From Phormidesmis sp. (lineage in GTDB: Bacteria; Cyanobacteriota; Cyanobacteriia; Leptolyngbyales; Leptolyngbyaceae): DNA of 64,000 nucleotides. Of this stretch, positions 56,888 to 64,000 are shown one piece after another. The position numbers were made by a program, and so were the translations under genes. Each line of letters starts with the position of its first letter. Position 1 is the first letter of the stretch. The notes under the pieces were generated by a model, which was not told the DNA's origin, did no database searches, and saw nothing but the letters and a program-made list of their open reading frames with translations. The DNA lies in assembly GCA_965248535.1 (NCBI GenBank), contig CBDFJR010000002.1, forward strand, positions 512,001-576,000, written 5' to 3'.

Positions 56888-58738
56888 CTAGAGATAATAT
56901 CGAACCGTTGTCACCACGCGGCTTTTCTTCGTCCGCAGGGCCGCCTTGAGAAATAGGGTCGTCTGGTTGTGTAAAACGCTCTCCCACCAGCGGCGCGGCA
57001 CAAAGGCAGGAATAATGATCGTGGACAGCACGCCAGGATGCTGATCTTCAAAATCACTGACAAACTCTAAAATGGGCGTGACGACCGATCGATAGGGAGA
57101 CTCTAAAATGTGCAGGTCAATGTCGGATTCTAATTCTTGCCAGCGAGTTTGCAGTTTCTCGCGATTGGTTGAGCCAGTGTCCACATGAACGGCTACCACC
57201 TCATCGCCAATGCTGCGGGCATAGTCTAAGGCCTCGACGGTGCCTCGGTGCAGTTGACCCACGACCACGATCGCGGGATGAGTTGCACTCGCGCCTTTGG
57301 GCCGAGCCATATAGCTGCGGGGTGCCAATTCCTGAATGCTGAGGCGGTTGGCTACATACTGATAGTGTTTGCGAATGCTGCCAAAGAGCCATACCAAGAG
57401 CGGGATCGCAAACACAACCACCCAGGCCCCGATCGTAAACTTTGTCCAAATCACGACCACTAGCACGATCGCGGTAGCCACGGCTCCTAGCCCATTCATC
57501 AAGGCGCTAGCCTGCCAGCCGCGACTTTGGCCCTTATACCAATGGATCACCATCCCCGCTTGCGAAAGGGTAAATGATGTAAACACCCCCACCGCATAGA
57601 GAGGAATAATCTTAGTGGTATCCCCAGCAAAGACCACCACTAATACGGCAGCACAAATACTGAGCAGCAAAATGCCATTAGAGTAGACGAGGCGATCGCC
57701 CAAGAGCGCCAACTGTCGCGGCAAAAAACCGTCTCGGGCCAAAAAATAGCAGAGCCGCGGAAAGTCGGCATAGCTCGTGTTAGCCGCCAGCAGCAAAATT
57801 GCCGGGGTCGCAAACAAAACCAGAAAATAATAGAGAGGCGACAGCCCAAAAATTTGCCGACTCAACAGCGACAAGACCGTTTCTGACTCGCTGGGCACAA
57901 GCTGATAGATGTGAGCAAGATAGGTAATGCCCAAAAACATCGCCCCTAGAATAATGCCCAGATAGAGCAACGTTTGGCGAGCATTGATCCACTCTGGTGG
58001 CTTAAAGGCCAGCACTCCATCTGAGATGGCTTCGACCCCTGTCAAGGCGGTGCATCCAGCAGCAAAGGCTCTCAAAATCAAAAACAAACTCAGTTGCTCA
58101 GTCACTTTGTGAATGGTTTCGCCCGCCGGGATCGGGGTCAACTGCCCGGTGACCTGATTAAACATCCCTACGCCAATCAGCACAAAAATGCTGACAATAA
58201 ATGCGTAGGTCGGCACCATAAAAATTCTGCCGGACTCCTTCACGCCTCGCAGGTTTGCCAGCATGATCAAAAAGATCGCTACCAGGCAAAGCTCTACGGT
58301 GAAGGGGCGCAAAAATGGGACAGCAGACACAAAGTTATCGATTCCGGCTGAGACGCTGACGGCCACCGTGAGAATGTAGTCAATCATCAGCGAGGCCCCT
58401 GCGATCAACCCAGGCAACAGCCCCAGATTGCCCCGCGCCACGATATAAGACCCACCACCTTTGGGGTAAGCGCGAATCGTCTGACGATAAGACAGCGTGA
58501 CAATGATCAGCAGAAGGACGATCGCCAGCGAGATCGGCAGCGAAAATCCAAGCACGCCTGCCCCTGATCCCGCCGCCACCAGAACGAGCAGCGTTTCTTG
58601 AGTGGCATAGGCTACCGACGACAGTGCATCTGAAGAAAGCACGGCCAGAGCAGCGGCTTTGGTTAACCGTTCTTCGTCATGGGCACTGGTGGGTAGAATT
58701 TTGCCCAATAAAAATTGCTTGACTTGAGAGAAACTCAT
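56888..58738 (-). CDS. APC-family permease (KimA/YdaO-like)
   Basis: LSSDALSSVAYA, YPKGGGSY, GCTALTGVEAIS, DFPRL and LHNQT motifs; many TM segments. Confidence 0.9.
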   Translation of the reverse strand: MSFSQVKQFLLGKILPTSAHDEERLTKAAALAVLSSDALSSVAYATQETLLVLVAAGSGAGVLGFSLPISLAIVLLLIIVTLSYRQTIRAYPKGGGSYIVARGNLGLLPGLIAGASLMIDYILTVAVSVSAGIDNFVSAVPFLRPFTVELCLVAIFLIMLANLRGVKESGRIFMVPTYAFIVSIFVLIGVGMFNQVTGQLTPIPAGETIHKVTEQLSLFLILRAFAAGCTALTGVEAISDGVLAFKPPEWINARQTLLYLGIILGAMFLGITYLAHIYQLVPSESETVLSLLSRQIFGLSPLYYFLVLFATPAILLLAANTSYADFPRLCYFLARDGFLPRQLALLGDRLVYSNGILLLSICAAVLVVVFAGDTTKIIPLYAVGVFTSFTLSQAGMVIHWYKGQSRGWQASALMNGLGAVATAIVLVVVIWTKFTIGAWVVVFAIPLLVWLFGSIRKHYQYVANRLSIQELAPRSYMARPKGASATHPAIVVVGQLHRGTVEALDYARSIGDEVVAVHVDTGSTNREKLQTRWQELESDIDLHILESPYRSVVTPILEFVSDFEDQHPGVLSTIIIPAFVPRRWWESVLHNQTTLFLKAALRTKKSRVVTTVRYYL

Positions 58739-58960
58739 GGAGAGAAATCACCTTCAGTGTTGAAGAGCCAGATTGATCAGCATTAAACGCTAGAAAACTC
58801 ATTCTTTAAGCCGTTGCGATCATAGACCAGATGCAGGAGTTGAGCGTTGATTCTCTACGCGATCGCAACACTCGTCTAATCTTCCGATAGATTTAATGGG
58901 GTCTAGCGATGATTAGACTAGAGACATACCTCTTGAAATGGTGAAAGGGTCAGGCTAAAA

Positions 58961-59566
58961 ATGACTTCACTGCGCGATCGGTTTAATCAATTTACAGGCA
59001 AAACTCGGTTTGTTGTCTGTCGCCTATTCATCCATCTTGCGGGCAAAGAAGTTGCGCCATTGCTAGGAGTGCTCAACCAGGCAGCGCGACAAGCCGTCAA
59101 TGCCGATGGCGAGATGTCAGTGTTGGGTCAAGGGCTGGTCGAACTTTGCCAGAGCCTTTTGCAATATCAAAGCTATTGGCTGTCTGCCGCCAACGAAGGC
59201 GACGTGTTTTGGAGCGAGGGTGAAGCTGGAGACTATGTAAACGAGTTGTTTACAGACTCTGCCCAGCGCTATTTGAGTGCGCCTGAGTTAGCAGACGCAT
59301 CGGGTCAAGCGGTCGATCCCCTCTCGTTGCCCGTGACTCAAAATTTGATTGTGATGATCACGATCGCCGCCGAAGGTGAGGTGCCTGACCTGGAAACCGA
59401 CCTTGCCAGCGTCCGTGCTTTGCAGGCAGGATTAAAGACAATCATCAATTTGCACTATCAAGAACGGCTACAGGCAGTTCAGGTGCATTTTTCCCCGGCT
59501 CGCCTGGGTGAGCAACTTGACCCTGATCAGCTTTTAGAGTTCTTTCCAGAATTAATTCCTCTATAG
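58961..59566 (+). CDS. DUF1517-like protein
   Basis: Conserved cyanobacterial pattern ending L...FPELIPL. Confidence 0.65.
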   Translation: MTSLRDRFNQFTGKTRFVVCRLFIHLAGKEVAPLLGVLNQAARQAVNADGEMSVLGQGLVELCQSLLQYQSYWLSAANEGDVFWSEGEAGDYVNELFTDSAQRYLSAPELADASGQAVDPLSLPVTQNLIVMITIAAEGEVPDLETDLASVRALQAGLKTIINLHYQERLQAVQVHFSPARLGEQLDPDQLLEFFPELIPL

Positions 59567-59580
59567 CCAATGCTCAATCT

Positions 59581-60474
59581 ATGACCTCTCCCTTTTTTAG
59601 ATCTATGCTTCGCCGACTCTTGCTGGTTTCGATGTCTGCTGCCTTGGGTCTGACCACCGTTAGCTGTGGTTTCCCCTCTTCAAGCGACTCCCAGGCTAAT
59701 GGGCAGAGCAACCGCCCTGCTAACGCCCGCGTCGAACAAACGCGGCTTGCCGATGGGCAATATTCGGTTCAGCAAGCGACTTATGATGATGGCGATGGCG
59801 AATATACGGTGCTGCTGTTAGACACAAAACCCGGCGTGCCCTCCTCATTTCGCACCCAAAATTTGCCGCTGGCTCAGTTAACTCCTGAGGAAGTCAAAGC
59901 AGGGCAAAAGAACTATCTCAAGGTTGAAAACGGTCAGCCATCGCTGCACATTCCCGAAGATTTTAAGATTGAATATGTGCACAATGTTGCCGAAAATGTG
60001 ACCAATCCTCAAACTGGGCAAGCCGAAACGCGCATTGTCCGCCAAGAGCCGAGTTTTTGGACTCCGTTTGCTGGGTCAGTCGCTGGAGCGATCGCAGGTC
60101 AAGCGATCGGCAGTCTGCTGTTTCGTCCTCAATATTATGTGCCTCCTGTCTATCAAACGGGTCGTCCGCTGGTCGGGTTTGGGGGCTATGGCAGCAGCTA
60201 TAACCAGGCTGTTGACAGCTACCAGCAGCGCTATCAGGCTCCTCCTGCCGCCGTGCAAAACCGCCAAGTCTTTCGCTCTACTGGGCGCATCAACACCCCG
60301 TCTTACAACAATCCAGGAGTCAGCCGCCCCTCGATCACTAACGATCGTCCTACAGGTTCTGGCTATGGCTCTAGCAATCTGCGCCGTTCTACAGGTTCCA
60401 CACCCAGTCGGGTCAACCGCCCTAGCTCATTTGGGAGCGGGCGATCGAGCGTTGGTGGCAGCCGAAGACGCTAG
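59581..60474 (+). CDS. Conserved lipoprotein with Gly/Ser/Arg-rich tail
   Basis: Signal peptide with a TVSC lipobox-like site; SFWTPFAG..AG..IG..LF motif; low-complexity C-terminus. Confidence 0.7.
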   Translation: MTSPFFRSMLRRLLLVSMSAALGLTTVSCGFPSSSDSQANGQSNRPANARVEQTRLADGQYSVQQATYDDGDGEYTVLLLDTKPGVPSSFRTQNLPLAQLTPEEVKAGQKNYLKVENGQPSLHIPEDFKIEYVHNVAENVTNPQTGQAETRIVRQEPSFWTPFAGSVAGAIAGQAIGSLLFRPQYYVPPVYQTGRPLVGFGGYGSSYNQAVDSYQQRYQAPPAAVQNRQVFRSTGRINTPSYNNPGVSRPSITNDRPTGSGYGSSNLRRSTGSTPSRVNRPSSFGSGRSSVGGSRRR

Positions 60475-60549
60475 AGAACGAGACCCTGCCTAAGAGTGCT
60501 GCCAGTCACCGATGTGATTCACTCCATCCTCCCAAGAAAGTTATTATTT

Positions 60550-60583
60550 CCCTGCGGTTAAATCAATCTCCGCAGGGTTTTTT
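60550..60583 (+). terminator. Intrinsic terminator
   Basis: ccctgcgg/ccgcaggg stem followed by tttttt. Confidence 0.75.
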
Positions 60584-60629
60584 ATGGATATGTCAGAATG
60601 GTCATCTAGTACGACATGAGTTCAAGCTT

Positions 60630-62135
60630 GTGATTGAGGTAGAAGTTCATCAGCAACTCCGCGCTTTTCTGCGAGAGCAGGGCGAACCCTATTGGTCACA
60701 TCATCTGACGATGGCACGGCTAGTGGCCCGGGCCTTGCGGATTGGTCGCAGCGCTCTCATCCAAACGGGGGTGCCTTCTGGCTATCATGGGCGCTATCGC
60801 CTCAGCTATTTGGTGCCGATCTTGATGTGGGAAGGGTCGGTGATGGTCGTGGCTCCTGAATCGGTTCAGCAACGGCTGCTGATGGTTGAGATTCCGCGGC
60901 TGCGGCAGTGGATCGATACACCCAAGCCGATTCGCACGGGCGATCGCTGGGTCAGCCCTGATTTTGAAGGCATTTTGCTTACGACTCCCGAAGCTTGGTT
61001 AAGCGATCGTCTCAAGGGTGAAGGCAGATTTCCGGTAGGCATTCCTACGATCATCGATGGGGTAGATGATCTCGAACGATGGGTGCGCGATCAGTTAACC
61101 ACTAATCTGCAAGCCGCTGACTGGAACGATCTAATGCTGGCGTGTCCTGGACAGACTGAGCAAATTCGAGATGCCAGAGTGCAGTTGACGAAAGCAATTT
61201 TTCATCACCCCGCTAACCCCTATGAGTGTTGTCTAATCGAGCCGCCCGAACAAGAAATTCTCAACAGACTCTATCAAGAGTTGCCCTCGTCTCTGCCCGC
61301 AAATTGGGCGCATTTTTTTAGCCAAACTCAAACCGAAGAGCAGCTTGTTTGGGCAGTGATCGCTCGTCAACTGGGGCAGTTTTCGCTGCACTGCGCCCCA
61401 ACTGAAATCGCTTCAAGCCTGGGTGCTATCTGGTCGCAGCAGCCCACGGTTTTAATTGGCGGTGCCCTAGATCTCGACTCAGATGCCCTGACTTATCGCC
61501 AAAAATTAGGCTTGAGCGATGAGTTGACCTGTCTGAAGTTTTCCCTCGATCGTCAAGATGATCTGATTCAGCTATACCAGCCAGAAGGCTTTCCGATGCC
61601 CAACACCCCCCAGTTTCAAGGGGCTTTGCTTCAAGAACTGCGATCGCTGCTCAGTGCCAGCACAGCAGTGCAAGGGCTATCGGTGATCTTGGTCGGAGAT
61701 ATGCCGCTCAAAGCTCAAGTGGGCACCGTGTTAGCCTCAGAGTTTGGCTCTAGAGTGCAAATCGAACGCACCTGTCTCGACGATAACGGCATCTTGGTCA
61801 CAGGCTGGGAGTTTTGGCGAGCGCATCAGAGCGTGCTGCCTGCTCCCTATTTGTTAGCGATCGCGACATTGCCCATTCCCTCGCTAGAAAACCCCCTCGT
61901 GGCCGGGCGAGTTGCTTATCATAAAAAACTTCGTCAGGATTGGTTTCGGCTTTATTTATTTCCAGAAGCTTTGAGTGAGTTGCAGTGGGCGATCGCTCCA
62001 GTTCGTGAATGTCAAGGAGTGGTGGCACTTTTGGATAGCCGCGTGATTCACCGCAGCTACGGCAGTCAAGTTTTAGCCGCCCTCAGCCCCCTAGCCCGCA
62101 TCAATTATCTAGATGCTAGTTTGTTTACCAATTAA
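60630..62135 (+). CDS. DinG-family helicase-like protein (degenerate N-terminal motifs)
   Basis: C-terminal LPIPSLENPLV...WF..Y..P and GVVALLDSRV..RSYG motifs; no clear Walker A. Confidence 0.75.
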   Translation: MIEVEVHQQLRAFLREQGEPYWSHHLTMARLVARALRIGRSALIQTGVPSGYHGRYRLSYLVPILMWEGSVMVVAPESVQQRLLMVEIPRLRQWIDTPKPIRTGDRWVSPDFEGILLTTPEAWLSDRLKGEGRFPVGIPTIIDGVDDLERWVRDQLTTNLQAADWNDLMLACPGQTEQIRDARVQLTKAIFHHPANPYECCLIEPPEQEILNRLYQELPSSLPANWAHFFSQTQTEEQLVWAVIARQLGQFSLHCAPTEIASSLGAIWSQQPTVLIGGALDLDSDALTYRQKLGLSDELTCLKFSLDRQDDLIQLYQPEGFPMPNTPQFQGALLQELRSLLSASTAVQGLSVILVGDMPLKAQVGTVLASEFGSRVQIERTCLDDNGILVTGWEFWRAHQSVLPAPYLLAIATLPIPSLENPLVAGRVAYHKKLRQDWFRLYLFPEALSELQWAIAPVRECQGVVALLDSRVIHRSYGSQVLAALSPLARINYLDASLFTN

Positions 62136-62347
62136 TGGGGTCTCAAGCTCCATCCTTTTAAGACAGCTTTTTTGAGCAACGGTGAAACTCTTCTGCCATC
62201 GTGAAACGGCTCAGACACCCGCTCAGGCAGAAATTGAGAGGCAACATCAGCGACACCCACCTGCCTAGCAGTAGTTAGCAAGACTGAAATCAGCCAGCTA
62301 GAAACGCTATTATCAAGAACGAAACCTTCACTGAAAGACAAAAAGCA

Positions 62348-62560
62348 ATGGGAGAAGCAAAACGTCGTAAAGAATCTCTGGGAGAAGACTATGGCAAGGA
62401 GCCTAACATCTCCCCCTGGCTACCTGTGACTAAGACTCAAGCCCAGCAGTTTGTGCAGTGGTCTTCTACGGGAGCTTGGGTCGGCATTGTTGGTCTCGTC
62501 GCGGCCTGGGTCACCATCCGGTTTGTGGGGCCTCTGTTGGGCTGGTGGCAGGTCAATTGA
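62348..62560 (+). CDS. DUF2839-like small membrane protein
   Basis: MGEAKRRK start and one C-terminal TM ending RFVGP..GWW. Confidence 0.8.
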   Translation: MGEAKRRKESLGEDYGKEPNISPWLPVTKTQAQQFVQWSSTGAWVGIVGLVAAWVTIRFVGPLLGWWQVN

Positions 62561-62851
62561 TGGGTCAGGAACTTTAGCGATGCTGAATCGTCTAGGGGCC
62601 CTCGGCGTTAATATATGTTGTGCCGCATCCAAAATTCTTTAAAAAACCTAAAAAATTGAGAGATTTGATCGAACTTGTGGCTCTCGATACTTTGCGGTCT
62701 GATCTGATTCGTTAATATGGAGTGGCATCTAGGGGTGTTGTTTTTAACATCCACTGGCGAGTCTTCCTAAAGGAGACCCGTCAGAACTGGGAGAGATCGT
62801 TTAGATCTTAATAAAGGGTTTAGAATTGGGTGTGGTGATTGGAGGACGATT

Positions 62852-63202
62852 GTGTTCTTAAGACTAGCAGAACAACACCGACAGTTTGTTAAAGACCTCG
62901 TGATGAATCTTCAGGCGATGGCGATCGTGTTGGAGAATCGGGGATATCTGGCTTCCTGCTATACCTGCGGCGGTCAGATGAACAGCGCTTCGTTTATGGT
63001 GAGTTTGGGAAACAACCACCTGATCCGCTTTTTGGTGTCGGATTATGGGATCACCTGGACAGAAATGCGCGACGATCGAGAGTTAATGAAGCTTGAAGGC
63101 GCAGAGGCGATCAGCCAACTTCAAGAACTCGCCAACCTAGTAAAGTTTCACATCAAGCCCTCTGACTATCGCCCGGCGGTTCCGGCAGAGAGCTTTCACT
63201 AG
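62852..63202 (+). CDS. DUF1815-like protein
   Basis: MFLRLAEQHRQFV.DLVM.LQA.A..LE.RGY.ASCYTCG; ggagg RBS. Confidence 0.8.
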   Translation: MFLRLAEQHRQFVKDLVMNLQAMAIVLENRGYLASCYTCGGQMNSASFMVSLGNNHLIRFLVSDYGITWTEMRDDRELMKLEGAEAISQLQELANLVKFHIKPSDYRPAVPAESFH

Positions 63203-63397
63203 TACAATAACGCCGCTTTAGGTTGTCACTGGGGCTGAGACAGATGCTGCCTTGCCTTTCTTGGCACTAGTTTCTATCGATTTAACCTGATAGAAACCTC
63301 TAGTGATAATCTAGATAGCGGGGTGATTAATTTAAGCGGCCGATGCTCCCTACAGGATCGCCCTACCGTGCCGCTCATCGTTGCTCTGATCTAGTTT

Positions 63398-64000
63398 ATG
63401 ACCGCTCTTGATTCTGAATGGCAGCATCACTTCATTGAAGCTAATCGCATTCGCCTCCACTATGTGACTCAAGGAGAAGGCGACTTAGTGCTGTTGCTGC
63501 ACGGGTTTCCTGAGTTTTGGTATTCATGGCGCTATCAGATTCCAGCACTGGCACGCTATTTTAAAGTAGTGGCTCCTGATCTGCGCGGCTATAACGAGTC
63601 TGAAAAACCCAGCGGTGGCTATGATCTCGACACCTTGAGCACCGATATTCATAGCTTGATCAAAAATTTGGGCTACAGCCGCGCGCACATTGTGGGTCAC
63701 GACTGGGGAGGCGCGATCGCTTGGAACTTAGCGCAAAAGTTTCCGCAGTGTCTCGATCGCTTGGTGCTTTTGAGTGCGCCTCATCCCCAGCGATTTGTGC
63801 GCGAAATGCTCAGTAACTTAGATCAACTGCGCCAAAGCTGGTATGTGCTGGCGTTTCAGATTCCTGGGTTGCCAGAGTGGGTAATTCAGCAAAACTTAAA
63901 AAACTTTGTTAACGGCATGTTTCAAGCGCAGGCGATTCGTAAAGGAGCGTTTACTGAAGAAAATGCTCTACTTTATCAAGCTGCGTTAAATAAGCCAGGG
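63398..64000 (+). CDS. Alpha/beta hydrolase, epoxide-hydrolase-like (3' end off window)
   Basis: Manual translation from ATG 63398 gives LLHGFPEFWYSWRYQ, APDLRGYNES and VGHDWGG. Confidence 0.92.
   Translation, partial: MTALDSEWQHHFIEANRIRLHYVTQGEGDLVLLLHGFPEFWYSWRYQIPALARYFKVVAPDLRGYNESEKPSGGYDLDTLSTDIHSLIKNLGYSRAHIVGHDWGGAIAWNLAQKFPQCLDRLVLLSAPHPQRFVREMLSNLDQLRQSWYVLAFQIPGLPEWVIQQNLKNFVNGMFQAQAIRKGAFTEENALLYQAALNKPG

Larger units (their letters stand above)
1..64000. repeat. HIP1 octamer GCGATCGC dispersed throughout
   Basis: Very frequent GCGATCGC and one-mismatch CGATCG-core variants, in both housekeeping genes and the CIS cluster. Confidence 0.9.

Noticed and set aside
58739..58960. c-di-AMP (ydaO) riboswitch upstream of the KimA-like permease
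   Set aside because: The conserved GCTGAA..GGAACGGGGG..CCCGTCAGCTAA-type elements could not be found on the minus strand.
826..62642. Numerous short overlapping or antisense ORFs in the track (e.g. 826-1389, 13804-14418, 26408-26929, 40426-40853)
   Set aside because: They overlap well-supported genes or oriC and show no recognisable motifs.

Overview
Cyanobacterial chromosome segment, judged from abundant HIP1 GCGATCGC, chlP, pentapeptide-repeat and DUF1815/DUF2839-type genes. It spans the dnaA-oriC-dnaN region. Housekeeping genes (recO, deoC, chlP, nucleoside hydrolase on the left; dnaN, dnaA, Ski2/HelY-like helicase, pgi, tyrA and others on the right) flank a ~30 kb single-strand operon (5804-35953) encoding a contractile injection system (eCIS/CIS). 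The operon has a Pvc16-like cap, two sheaths, two tubes, a tube initiator, a split VgrG-like hub and spike, gp25, baseplate J, a tail-I protein, three paralogous fibre/crown-like proteins, a tape-measure-like protein, an AAA+ ATPase and two probable cargo proteins. Its most unusual features are: (i) a PKD/Ig-like domain split across three consecutive genes (N-half | C-half+N-half | C-half), suggesting an anchor/polymer/cap fibre; (ii) no recognisable PAAR gene, with a C-terminally hydrophobic protein translationally coupled to the spike instead; (iii) a shared GMPL(Y/F)LQ..PVQR leader on both cargo proteins. The locus begins just after an apparently truncated PemK/MazF toxin gene. Three isolated +1 frameshifts may be sequencing errors. 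All family calls come from motif recognition by eye; no database searches were run.
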